Shown here piece after piece: positions 8,437 to 17,704 of a stretch of DNA of 51,496 bases (positions are counted from its first letter, which is position 1; each line of letters opens with the position of its first letter). Under the pieces are notes generated by a model. The model did no database searches. It was not told the origin of the DNA and worked only from the letters and a program-made list of their open reading frames with translations. Position numbers and translations under genes: made by a program. The DNA is taken from positions 1 to 51,496 of the IMG/VR virus record IMGVR_UViG_3300021178_000015; one strand, given 5' to 3'. Source of the DNA: a virus (taxonomy: Duplodnaviria > Caudoviricetes).

Positions 8437-9580
8437 CCCAGCGACAGATTTCCTCGGTCTTTGGCGTAATATTGCCGGCGTCGTTTCCAAGGTGGAAATG
8501 CCGGGGCTTGACTATGTGGTTGCCGCGCTCGCGCGTACGGGCGTAATTAATCTGTCCGTCTCCGCCACGGCGCCAGTTGCCAATCAATCGACCACCGCAT
8601 GGCTGCAAACGGCCGTTCCGAGCAATTCCGCCGAAGGCGTACTGTTCCTTTGGAACCCCGCTGCGAGTGCCTACGCGCCCGCTACGGCTGCGTTGCTTCT
8701 CGACATGCTCCAAGCGTCGGCCGGACAAAACGGGGTGTCATGGTGGACTTCAATTGGCGGACCGCCGATCAACACAATCGGCAATAACGGTGATTTTGCG
8801 ATACGTACAGACGCGCCGAATGGCGTGTACGGACCCAAAGTGCTGGGCGCGTGGCCTACTACGCCGATACCGGGCACTGCCGACGTACTCACAAGCACGT
8901 CGCTTGACAACACATTCGGCACCGCGGAAGGCGACCTTATTTATCGCGACGCGGCAGTGTGGAAAGCGCTTGGCATCGGAGCGGTGAATACGATTTTGAC
9001 ACCAGTCGCGGGCATACCGGCGTGGGAGACGCTTTCCGTGCTGCTTGACGCTGTTTTTGGTAGCGTGCAAGGCGATGTTTTGTACCGCGATGTTGCGTCA
9101 TGGAAGGCACTCGCGCCCGGTGCGGCCGGATTAGTCCTGACTGCCGGCGGTTTGGCCGGTAACCCGTCGTGGGCTGCGGCACCATCTACGTTCCCGTCTG
9201 GAACAACGATGCTATTCCAGCAAACGGCGGCGCCCGTAGGGTGGACGAAACAAACGGCGCTCAATGACTACGGCTTGCGCGTCGTATCGGGTGCGGTCGG
9301 GACGACGCCCGGGACTGCATTTAGTACGGTGTTCGCGCAAACCTCAGTTGGAAATACGACGCTGAATGCTTCACAAATTCCACCACACGTACATCCGATT
9401 TCTGGTATCTTGTTTAACACGACAGACAGCGGTACTGTTTCGCCGATCGGATATTACGGCAATTCCGGCGGCGCGGGCGGCGTCTCTACGGATAATAACA
9501 CGGGCGGTGGCGGTGCGCACACCCATTCGGTCAGCTTGGCACTGTCGTACGTAGACTGCATTATCGCGAGCAAGAATTGA
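8426..9580 (+). CDS. Tail fibre with family-B N-terminal anchor and collar-type tip
   Basis: ATDFL...MPGLDYVVAALAR N-terminus; two GD-YRD-WKAL repeats; FPSGTTMLFQQTAAPVGWTK...QIPPHVH...HTH collar/His tip. Confidence 0.8.
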   Translation: MVFNPATDFLGLWRNIAGVVSKVEMPGLDYVVAALARTGVINLSVSATAPVANQSTTAWLQTAVPSNSAEGVLFLWNPAASAYAPATAALLLDMLQASAGQNGVSWWTSIGGPPINTIGNNGDFAIRTDAPNGVYGPKVLGAWPTTPIPGTADVLTSTSLDNTFGTAEGDLIYRDAAVWKALGIGAVNTILTPVAGIPAWETLSVLLDAVFGSVQGDVLYRDVASWKALAPGAAGLVLTAGGLAGNPSWAAAPSTFPSGTTMLFQQTAAPVGWTKQTALNDYGLRVVSGAVGTTPGTAFSTVFAQTSVGNTTLNASQIPPHVHPISGILFNTTDSGTVSPIGYYGNSGGAGGVSTDNNTGGGGAHTHSVSLALSYVDCIIASKN

Positions 9581-10170
9581 TGGCGTACGATTCGACGACT
9601 GACTATCTTGCACTGCTCCGGTTACTGCCCGGCGGCGTCCGTACGGAACGGATGCCCGGTCTTGACTATATCGTGAACGCGCTCGCCCGCGCCGGCATGT
9701 TTCAGATTGCAATCGGGCAGACCGCGCCAGTTATCAATCAGTCTAAGACGGCATGGTTCAAACCTGCCATGCCGTCTTGGGCCTTCGAAGGCACGCTGTT
9801 TCTTTGGAATGCGGTGACTGTCGAGTACGAACCTGCAACGCCCGCATTGTGGGCTGCGATCTTTTCGAGTGCGTCGTCGCAAACGGTAGTACAGGACGTC
9901 ACGAGTGCGGGCCCCGTGCTTGTAGAAGTGAACGCCGGTATCGTCCGCGTGCAGAATGTTGGGGCTGCGGTTACCCTGCTTATGCCGCCATCCGCAACTA
10001 TGCTGGGTCCGGTTTTGATTTCTGACTGGGCCAATCATGCAGGCTCGCACAACATCCAGATTAATTTGTCAGGCGGTGACGTGCTCCCGCTCGCCGCAAC
10101 TTCATGGACGATAGCAGCCGATGCGGGCAGCGTGTTTTTACGACCCGTACCGGGAGGATTTGCGCTATGA
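9580..10170 (+). CDS. Tail adaptor, paralog family B copy 2
   Basis: TDYLALLR...MPGLDYIVNALARAG...EGTLFLWN...PATPALW; no Cys. Confidence 0.7.
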   Translation: MAYDSTTDYLALLRLLPGGVRTERMPGLDYIVNALARAGMFQIAIGQTAPVINQSKTAWFKPAMPSWAFEGTLFLWNAVTVEYEPATPALWAAIFSSASSQTVVQDVTSAGPVLVEVNAGIVRVQNVGAAVTLLMPPSATMLGPVLISDWANHAGSHNIQINLSGGDVLPLAATSWTIAADAGSVFLRPVPGGFAL

Positions 10171-11297
10171 AAAAGTTACTGGCGCTGATTTTTGCATTTG
10201 CGTTCGGTACGACCCTGCATGCTCAAAATCCGGGTACAGTTACGAGCCATGCTTTTGCAATTGGCAAGGGCCCTACTGTATCGGGCTACACGTCGCTGCT
10301 TTGCGGCAGTGGACAGCTCCCGATCGGAAGCGCGACGGACCCGGTTTGCCAGACAATCACGGGGGACGGCGCGATTTCGGCTGCCGGCGTACTCACACTT
10401 GCAACCGTCAACGCCAATGTCGGTACCTTTGGTTCTGCAACTCAGTGCATCACGACAACGCAAAACGCCAAAGGCCTGACAACGGCTATTTCGGCTGCCA
10501 ATTGCACGCCTCCGATCGGCAACGTTACCGGGCTTGGTACCGGCGTGGCGACGGCGCTGGGTTTAAACGTCGGTACGGCCGGAGCCCCCGTTATCAATGG
10601 CGGTGCGCTTGGCACGCCTTCGTCGGGCGTAGGCACCAATTTAACTGGGGTGCCGATAGGGAGCGGCGTTAGCGGACTGGGAACAGGCGTCGCAGCGGCG
10701 CTCGGTACGGCTGTAGGTTCTGCCGGCTCCCCGGTTGTCAACGGCGGTGCGCTTGGCACGCCTTCAAGTGGCGTCGGTACGAACTTGACCGCGTTAAACG
10801 CTTCTAATCTTGCTAGCGGTACGGTTCCGATAGCTCGGCAGCCTGTACAACCGAACTTCCGGGTTCATTTGGTCGGTAATCAGTCGATTAGCGCCAGTAC
10901 GTACACTAAAGTGTTGTACGATACCGTTGACATAGACAGTAATTCTTTTTGGAGTGCGACCAACCACAATTATCTGCCTACAGTCGCCGGCACGTATCAA
11001 TTTTGCGCGTCCGCATACGTAGGTGCCACCTACTCGCTTGGAAGTCTGATTATCGTACAGTTTTCTAAGAACGGTTTGCACGGGACTGGCACCGAGCAAG
11101 GCAGCGGCGTAACTTTGACGGGGGGCGCCAATACCTTTGAAGGCGTGACCGCAGCGTGTACGGTTGCCACCATGAACGGGTCAACCGACACTATGGAAAT
11201 CGATATCGACACCAACGGAACGACGCCAGTTATCACCGGCTTTACTACGGCCTCGGTCATCGCAAATTACTTCACTGGCACATGGATCAGTCCGTAA
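10167..11297 (+). CDS. Signal-peptide-bearing tail fibre with 48-aa repeats and C-terminal C1q-like domain
   Basis: GGAGG RBS, ATGA coupling; MKKLLALIFAFAFGTTLHA-Q; GLGTGVATAL...NGGALGTPSSGVGTNLT twice (144-bp period); FRVHL...KVLYDTVDID...YLPTVAGTYQF. Confidence 0.75.
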   Translation: MKKLLALIFAFAFGTTLHAQNPGTVTSHAFAIGKGPTVSGYTSLLCGSGQLPIGSATDPVCQTITGDGAISAAGVLTLATVNANVGTFGSATQCITTTQNAKGLTTAISAANCTPPIGNVTGLGTGVATALGLNVGTAGAPVINGGALGTPSSGVGTNLTGVPIGSGVSGLGTGVAAALGTAVGSAGSPVVNGGALGTPSSGVGTNLTALNASNLASGTVPIARQPVQPNFRVHLVGNQSISASTYTKVLYDTVDIDSNSFWSATNHNYLPTVAGTYQFCASAYVGATYSLGSLIIVQFSKNGLHGTGTEQGSGVTLTGGANTFEGVTAACTVATMNGSTDTMEIDIDTNGTTPVITGFTTASVIANYFTGTWISP

Positions 11298-11298
11298 C

Positions 11299-11922
11299 AT
11301 GACGTACAGCCCCGCAACTGATTTTCTTGCGCTGATCCGCCAGACGGCCGCAGGCGTTGAAGTCACGCAGATGCCGGGACTGGATTACGTTGTTGCTGCG
11401 CTCGCGCGTGCGGGCCTGTTTCAACTTTCCGTTGGGCAGGCACCGCCGACAGCCAATCAGTCCACGACCGTATGGTTGAAGCCGTCCATACCGTCATGGG
11501 TTGCCGAAGGCGCCGTGTTTTTGTGGAACGCAGGCGCGGGCCAATACCAACCTGCTACGCCCGCATTGTGGAGCGCGTTGCTTGCAGGCGCTGGAGCAAC
11601 AAACGGCTATGCTTTTCAATCGGTAAGCGCCGCGTCGGCGGCCATCGTCGCCGGTACGACGCTGCTGGCTGTACAACGCGCTGCGCCATCGGCAACGGCG
11701 TTGCTGCTTCCAGCGCTCGCCGCACAGCGACTTAGCGGGGGTCCGCTTCGGATTGTGGATTGGTCCACGACTGTTGCAGCCCATACGATCACAATTACGA
11801 CACCAGATGGTTCCACAATCATGCGACAACCATCTTGGCAACTGCTCTCTACTGCCGTACAGCTAGCCGGGGTTTTGCTGTATCCCTCGCCTGATTTAAA
11901 TGGATGGGTCATCGCGCCATGA
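11299..11922 (+). CDS. Tail adaptor, paralog family B copy 3
   Basis: PATDFLALIR...MPGLDYVVAALARAG...EGAVFLWN...PATPALW; no Cys. Confidence 0.7.
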   Translation: MTYSPATDFLALIRQTAAGVEVTQMPGLDYVVAALARAGLFQLSVGQAPPTANQSTTVWLKPSIPSWVAEGAVFLWNAGAGQYQPATPALWSALLAGAGATNGYAFQSVSAASAAIVAGTTLLAVQRAAPSATALLLPALAAQRLSGGPLRIVDWSTTVAAHTITITTPDGSTIMRQPSWQLLSTAVQLAGVLLYPSPDLNGWVIAP

Positions 11923-13508
11923 AAATTTTTTACGTTCTTGCCCTCGGTGCTTTGTTATGTTCGCCTGCCTCCGCGCAATGGCAGACGCCGAAGCACTCCG
12001 TACCGATCGGGCAAGGAGCAGCTATCAGCGGTTTTGGTAACGCAGCGCCGGGGACTGCCGGACAGCCTTTTTTGAGCAATGGGCCGAATGCGGACCCGTC
12101 GTTTCAAACGTCTCCGTTTGCTAGCTTGACGCTTCCCAACGTTTTCACTCATGACCAGATTTTCGGGTCTGGCCGTCCGTGGGTGGACCCGACTGCGTAC
12201 GGCGCTGTGTGTGACGGCATGACCGATAGCGCGCCCGCTTTCCAGCAAGCCGACACAGTTGCGGGGTTGACGGGCGGGGCCATATATGTGCCCCCGTGCA
12301 GCTCATCCTACTGCATCAAAACCGGGCCCGTGATCCTCAATAGTTTGGGGGAAGTGCTCTTTTCCACAAGCCGGTCCACCACTATATCGGCATGCGGTAC
12401 GGACAATTCAGTTGTAGAGTTGTCGCAGCCGTACCAAAGTGTTTACAATTTAACGATCTACGGCAAAGGCGCCCCGACAGACACGGGAACGGTTGGTGCT
12501 ATTACTCCCGCGGTCTTAATCAGGGGCACCGGAGGCGGGTGCAACGATTGTTTTCTGGATAGTTTAAACATCTTTGGCGGTTCGAACTGCCTGTCAATCA
12601 GCCCGCCGGCCGTCAATGGCGAGTTTTTCGTGTGGCGCAGTTACATTTCGTACTGTCATGGCTCACTTGTATACGCACAAAATGCCGGCGGTTGGTTCAA
12701 TCGCATGAAAATAGATCAGGCATGGCCGGAAGGACCGCCCGCAATCGGAACTGCGCTAAACGCGTGGGCTGCGACGACTTCCTATGCGCGGGGGGCCGTA
12801 GTCACTTCCGGCGGGTATATGATTCAGTGCTCCCAAGCGGGCACTAGCGGGGGTAGCGCACCCACGTTGAAGAATTACGGGCAGACAGTCACGGACGGCT
12901 CGGCTCAGTGGATACTTGCGGGTCTTGTCGGCAGCGCTGCTCTGCAACTTGACACCGGAACGTCAGAAATTTACGGTACGGACGTAGACATGACGGGCGC
13001 CACTACGTACGGCGTTCAAATGTCGAACACGCTATCGGGCGCGCCCCCGCAGTTTTTTCGCTGCGTGGACTGCATTTCCAGTCAAACAGCAAGCAACGCG
13101 TACTACTTTCAAAACGGCAACGACGTCTATCTAACCAGCAACATCGTGGCCGGAGGCTGGACGCCAAATTCACCAGCGGTGATTTTTAACGGCAATTTCT
13201 CCGGACAGGCAACCATAACTGGCGGTAAGTACGGCATAGGTTCGGGGTTTGGCGTGATCTTCGCCACCGGTACGAACTATACAATCCAGAACACGATTGT
13301 CGGAGCGACCGTACAGGGCATTGCAATCCAGGTTAGCAACGTAATCGCGCGCGGCAACGTAATCAGTTCGAGCGGCGGCACGGGGGTCAACATCAACAAT
13401 TCTCTAAGTCGCGTCATCGTTGACGGCAACATTTGCCCTAACGGAGCTTCACCCTGCGCCAACTCGCCAACTGGCATGACAAATTCTTCGATCATTAACA
13501 ATTTTTAG
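11919..13508 (+). CDS. Signal-peptide-bearing tailspike (pectate-lyase-like beta-helix depolymerase)
   Basis: MKIFYVLALGALLCSPASA-Q; VDPTAYGAVCDGMTDSAPAFQQA beta-helix start; WAATTSYARG...QCSQAGTSG...P carbohydrate-binding insert; Asn-rich coils. Confidence 0.8.
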   Translation: MKIFYVLALGALLCSPASAQWQTPKHSVPIGQGAAISGFGNAAPGTAGQPFLSNGPNADPSFQTSPFASLTLPNVFTHDQIFGSGRPWVDPTAYGAVCDGMTDSAPAFQQADTVAGLTGGAIYVPPCSSSYCIKTGPVILNSLGEVLFSTSRSTTISACGTDNSVVELSQPYQSVYNLTIYGKGAPTDTGTVGAITPAVLIRGTGGGCNDCFLDSLNIFGGSNCLSISPPAVNGEFFVWRSYISYCHGSLVYAQNAGGWFNRMKIDQAWPEGPPAIGTALNAWAATTSYARGAVVTSGGYMIQCSQAGTSGGSAPTLKNYGQTVTDGSAQWILAGLVGSAALQLDTGTSEIYGTDVDMTGATTYGVQMSNTLSGAPPQFFRCVDCISSQTASNAYYFQNGNDVYLTSNIVAGGWTPNSPAVIFNGNFSGQATITGGKYGIGSGFGVIFATGTNYTIQNTIVGATVQGIAIQVSNVIARGNVISSSGGTGVNINNSLSRVIVDGNICPNGASPCANSPTGMTNSSIINNF

Positions 13509-13516
13509 GCGTCCAC

Positions 13517-14038
13517 ATGGTTAGCTTTTACGATACCGTCATTCGCAATTCGAAGGCGTTCCGCAGCGACGCGGTGTGCAAAGACGTGGCGTTGCTAGAG
13601 CCCGGCACGCGCGCCGCGGTGCTAGCGTTGGTTGCGGAGGCCAACGCAGACGGTATTGATTTGCGCGTGCTAGAAACGTACAGAAGCCAGACCCGGCAAA
13701 GCTATCTCTTCACGAAGCACGCTACCCAGCTCCGCGTCGTCGGTTGTCACGGCTACGGCGTTGCGGCCGATTTCGGAGTGTTCGTCAAGGGCGTCTATCA
13801 GGAAAAGAACGGTCCGTACGTCTTCTTGCGCGTACTGGCGCGCAAGCACGGGCTTATAAGCGGACAGGATTGGGGTCACGCAAAAGAAGGCAGCTTCGTC
13901 GATAGCGGGCATGTGCAACGTGTTCCGGTGTGGCGCCAATCGGCGCTGTTCGGCAGTTCGTGGTACCCGCCGGTCGATTACGACCCGTACAAAGACAGCA
14001 CAGCGAACCACCAAACCGACGTGGTAGCTACGCTTTAG
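13517..14038 (+). CDS. Endolysin, M15-family zinc peptidase
   Basis: ETYRSQTRQ, CHGYGVAAD and DWG...DSGHVQ zinc-peptidase motifs. Confidence 0.8.
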   Translation: MVSFYDTVIRNSKAFRSDAVCKDVALLEPGTRAAVLALVAEANADGIDLRVLETYRSQTRQSYLFTKHATQLRVVGCHGYGVAADFGVFVKGVYQEKNGPYVFLRVLARKHGLISGQDWGHAKEGSFVDSGHVQRVPVWRQSALFGSSWYPPVDYDPYKDSTANHQTDVVATL

Positions 14039-14435
14039 ACGGCGCTGTCTCGCCTTCCGTACCATGATAGGCGTTGCCGTCTTCCCAGCCCTTGGGATTA
14101 GGCTGGGCTGCCTGCAAGGCCGCGAGAGCTGCGGAGCCGGCGGACGGAGCTTTTGCGGGCGCGGATGCGGGAGAGGAAGACGTACCACCGCTCGCGCCGG
14201 TCATAGGGCTAGCTGCCTGGGTCATGTCGGATAAGTCGTCGACCATTTCTTTCATGTCCGCTATCTGGGCGTTCAACACGCCGACGTTGGCTGCCTCCGC
14301 AGCGGCTATGGCGGCATCCACGTTCGGCCCGTAGGCAATCACCCGATCGAACATCGCGGCCATGGCGTCCTGTTTCTGGCCCACCACGCCCATAGCCTGA
14401 AGTCGTTTAGCCTTCAGTTCCTCTTTCGTCGCCAT
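14028..14435 (-). CDS. Hypothetical coiled-coil protein (MATKEELK...)
   Basis: Coding-like distal part of a longer ORF; start uncertain. Confidence 0.55.
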   Translation of the reverse strand: MATKEELKAKRLQAMGVVGQKQDAMAAMFDRVIAYGPNVDAAIAAAEAANVGVLNAQIADMKEMVDDLSDMTQAASPMTGASGGTSSSPASAPAKAPSAGSAALAALQAAQPNPKGWEDGNAYHGTEGETAPSKA

Positions 14436-14682
14436 TCGCTGTTTCCTGTATATCCGTACGATTGCGGTTAGGTCTTCAAGCGACACGGCGCGGAAGGGAA
14501 CCCGGCCGGGCGGTCGCACGATAATCGAGACGGAACCGGGCTTTTCGGAGGGCATCCATTCGAACCCGGTTCCGCTGTTCTCGCTTGGAGGTTTGAACAC
14601 GGCTTTTGTAAGACAAATTTGCCAGCCCGTCAATCGAATGCTATAGGTTGTGCCGGCGCATTCGCGCAAAGGAGCAATCGAC

Positions 14683-14910
14683 ATGCCGCAAGTGGACCCT
14701 AAATTTACCTTTTGGTTCGGTGTCTGGACTACGGTTCTGGTCACCGTCGCGAGCCTCAGTATCGACCACGCGCCCGCGCTGATTGCGCAGTACGCGCCGG
14801 ATGTACAGTGGATTTGCATGGCGGCGTACAAGGTCAACAACGCCGTCTTGGTTCTTTTGATCGGGCTTTCGTCCGATAAAACCGGGCCGTTTATCAGCGT
14901 TCCGAAGTAG
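14683..14910 (+). CDS. Putative holin / small two-TM membrane protein
   Basis: AAGGAG RBS; two hydrophobic helices; near the endolysin. Confidence 0.55.
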   Translation: MPQVDPKFTFWFGVWTTVLVTVASLSIDHAPALIAQYAPDVQWICMAAYKVNNAVLVLLIGLSSDKTGPFISVPK

Positions 14911-15008
14911 GCTTCGTTGTCAGGGCTCGCCCGGCACGCTATGGTGCGGCGCCGGGCGCCGCTCGTGTGGGCTCCTTCACGGGTGCGAATTAACGCCATG
15001 GGCGTCCG

Positions 15009-16592
15009 GTGACCGCATATCCTTGGGAACAGCCCCCGCAATCTTCGTATCCGTGGCAGCAGTCACAGCCTGCGGAGGCGGAGCGCAAGGCAGCGATGCG
15101 GGCCAAGCTCCGCGATTTTGATTTCTATCGCGAGCGGTTTTTGCGTATTCGTCCGCGTGCCGGCGGCGAGCGCATCCCCTTTATTTTGAACAACGCCCAG
15201 CGCGTCCTGCATGCCCGGCTAGAAGAAGAAAAGAAGCGGTTCGGCATGATACGCGCGCTCGTGCCCAAAGCGCGGCGCATGGGCGTGAGTACGTATATCG
15301 GCGGACGCAACTTCCATCAAATCGGAACCATGTTCGGTCGGCGGGCCCAAGTGGTGGCGCACCGTGGAGACAGCGCAGCTAACCTGCATCGTGAAATTAA
15401 AGAATTTGCTAACAGCTTGCCGGGCGCCGTACAGCCGTCGATTGGTGCCACCAACTCTTATGAAGTGATATTTGACGTCCTTAAGTCGCTGTACAAAGTG
15501 GCGTCGGCTGAAGGTGGCGACATCGGCCGTTCGGATGACTTCCATAATCTGCATCTGTCGGAAGCCGCGTTCTTTGATAACACGGAAGACCTTTCGTCTG
15601 GTTTGTTGCAAACCGTACAGGACTTGCCCGGGACGGAAATCATAGAAGAGAGCACGGGCAACGGCCAGTCCGGCATGTTCTATAACCAATGCGAGGAAGC
15701 CGCGCGGCAAGGCAACAAAGGTCCGTGGCGCATCCACTTCCTACCGTGGCCCGTCATGCCGGAGTACCGTCAAACCGTGCCAGTGGGCTGGAAAGCGCCC
15801 CAGGATTTTGAAGAGTACGCGCGCATGCATGGCGTAGACCGGGAGCAGTTATACTGGTTTTGGACCAAAAACTATACGATAGCCGTTATGAATGGCGGGC
15901 AACCGGAGAAAATCCACCGGCTCACGCGTCAAGAGTACCCGGCCATCTATAGCGAATGTTTCATGGCCGACAGCACGCTTGATTTCTTTCCGGCGTCTGT
16001 CGTGTCCGCGGCGATGGTGCGCAAGCCGAACCCGTCCGCCGGGGCGCTGAAGCTGCTTTGCGTAGACCCTGCCGGCGACGGGCAGGACAAGCCATTTGTC
16101 TGCGATCGGCAGGGCTCCGCGATCGGCGCCAAGGTTTGGGGCGAGCTGACAAGCCGGGACTACAACGTGCAAGCTGACTGGCTTGTGGCTACGTTTAAAC
16201 GTTTCGATATGGATGCCATCCTTATCGACGTAACCGGGACCGGCAAAGGGCTGCTAGACGCCGTACGGCTGCGCATGCGCGCGTACGGTCCTGAAAAGGT
16301 GGTTGCGGTCAACTTTGCATGGGGTGCTTTGAATGACACACTGTACGGCAACCGGCGCGCGGAACTGCACGACAAGTTCCAGCGTTGGTTGCAAAGTGAC
16401 GTATCCATGCCGAACGACAAGATGTTGCAGGACGAATGCGCCGCTTATAAATGGGGCGTGGGTGGTTGCCGTCGCGATGAAAAAGCGCGGCTGTTCATGA
16501 CGCCAAAAGAAAAAATCAAGAAGGAATTGAAGCCTACGCGTTCGCCCGACCGCTTGGACGCTTGCGTCGTTTCGATGGCGATGGAAGCTTGA
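15009..16592 (+). CDS. Terminase large subunit
   Basis: LNNAQ adenine motif, KARRMGVST Walker A, LHLSEAAF Walker B, ESTGNG, VDPAG and SPDRLDA nuclease motifs. Confidence 0.93.
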   Translation: MTAYPWEQPPQSSYPWQQSQPAEAERKAAMRAKLRDFDFYRERFLRIRPRAGGERIPFILNNAQRVLHARLEEEKKRFGMIRALVPKARRMGVSTYIGGRNFHQIGTMFGRRAQVVAHRGDSAANLHREIKEFANSLPGAVQPSIGATNSYEVIFDVLKSLYKVASAEGGDIGRSDDFHNLHLSEAAFFDNTEDLSSGLLQTVQDLPGTEIIEESTGNGQSGMFYNQCEEAARQGNKGPWRIHFLPWPVMPEYRQTVPVGWKAPQDFEEYARMHGVDREQLYWFWTKNYTIAVMNGGQPEKIHRLTRQEYPAIYSECFMADSTLDFFPASVVSAAMVRKPNPSAGALKLLCVDPAGDGQDKPFVCDRQGSAIGAKVWGELTSRDYNVQADWLVATFKRFDMDAILIDVTGTGKGLLDAVRLRMRAYGPEKVVAVNFAWGALNDTLYGNRRAELHDKFQRWLQSDVSMPNDKMLQDECAAYKWGVGGCRRDEKARLFMTPKEKIKKELKPTRSPDRLDACVVSMAMEA

Positions 16593-16965
16593 AGAATAGC
16601 GGCCCGCGCGAGTGCTCATACGCCTTCATCAGCTCGGAAAGAATGTTCTGTATCGCGTAAGCTTCCAATTCTGAAGACGGTTTGGTTTCGCCCATTTGTT
16701 TCCGGACGTCCCGCCAGACGTGCATTGCTTCGTGGGCCAGCAATTCAATGGTTTCCCGCGGGGTGCGGTCCTGCACTGTGACAATGGCAATCGGCGTGCC
16801 CGTGTCTTTCCGTACGAGTAACGACGTAGCGCCAGCACTTTCCGGATAGGGCGACGGTCCCCGGCTCATTTTGGACGTCGCTACCTTCCAAGCCCGTTCG
16901 CTGGGGCAAAATGCGTAGCTGTACGGAAACCAACCGGCCTCGAACCAGGCAAGTTTATGCTTCAT
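16534..16965 (-). CDS. Hypothetical protein with HExxH motif
   Basis: LAHEAMH...ELEAY zincin-like motif. Confidence 0.65.
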   Translation of the reverse strand: MKHKLAWFEAGWFPYSYAFCPSERAWKVATSKMSRGPSPYPESAGATSLLVRKDTGTPIAIVTVQDRTPRETIELLAHEAMHVWRDVRKQMGETKPSSELEAYAIQNILSELMKAYEHSRGPLFFKLPSPSKRRKRPSGRANA

Positions 16966-17203
16966 TAACGGCCTCTCCTATAACTACGAAAACGTCGGCG
17001 TCGCCCGCCGACAAAATAGGGTACGCGGCACGCAAGAGCAACATTCGTACGATGCGCGTGCGATCTTCTTCAGTTATTGGTTTGTCCGATCGAAGGTGAA
17101 TTTCACCCACTTTTACGGCAGCTCCCCGGGGTTGACGTGTACACATTCGTACAGTATGACGAAGCCGTGTTCAAGCTACCATCACCATCAAGGAGCTGAT
17201 TTT

Positions 17204-17584
17204 ATGGATACCGAAACCGAATTGCTAGAGGCTAGTGAGCGCGCGACCCCGGAACCGGCAAAGAAGGCCCCCAGGAAACCCCGGCCCAGCGAACTTGCCA
17301 AGAAGGTCGCAGCAAAGAAGAAACTGGCTGCGAAGGCCAAAAAGAAGTTCGTCAAGACGGCGAAAAAGCAGGCGCCGGCCCGCAAAGCCAAGCGTTCGGT
17401 TCCGAAGAAGGTCAAGCGTCCCAAGAAGATGGGGAAGCCGCCCTTGACCGGCCCGGCTGCGCTCACACACCGGCTGGACTTGCGCGTGAACCGCGCCACC
17501 AAGGCCCGGGTGACGGCGTACGCGAAGAAGAAGGAGCAGACCATTTCGGCCGTCGTCATCGGCCTGATTGACAAGCTCAAGTAG
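17204..17584 (+). CDS. Lys/Ala-rich (histone H1-like) protein with C-terminal ribbon-helix-helix domain
   Basis: TTGACG promoter near 17132, AAGGAG RBS; AKK-rich tract then RLDLRVNRATKARVTAYAKKKEQTISAVVIGLI. Confidence 0.7.
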   Translation: MDTETELLEASERATPEPAKKAPRKPRPSELAKKVAAKKKLAAKAKKKFVKTAKKQAPARKAKRSVPKKVKRPKKMGKPPLTGPAALTHRLDLRVNRATKARVTAYAKKKEQTISAVVIGLIDKLK

Positions 17585-17652
17585 CTTCGCGCGGTGCTGA
17601 TACGGTGAAAGCCGCTTTCTCGGTTGAACGGGGGCTGACCCGGCCGCAAACT

Positions 17653-17686
17653 AAAAGGCCCCGGCGATAAACCGGGGCCTTCTTTT
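17653..17686. terminator. Bidirectional intrinsic terminator
   Basis: aaaaggccccgg-cgataaa-ccggggccttctttt between convergent genes. Confidence 0.8.
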
Positions 17687-17704
17687 CACGGAACCGTACG
17701 AGCC

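Noticed and set aside
7382-11922. Paralogous tail genes as a diversity-generating retroelement
   Set aside because: No reverse transcriptase; similarity is at protein level, not adenine-specific TR/VR DNA repeats
14436-15041. Upstream part of the 337-aa minus-strand ORF
   Set aside because: Overlaps the holin candidate and TerL start on the opposite strand; only the distal part looks coding
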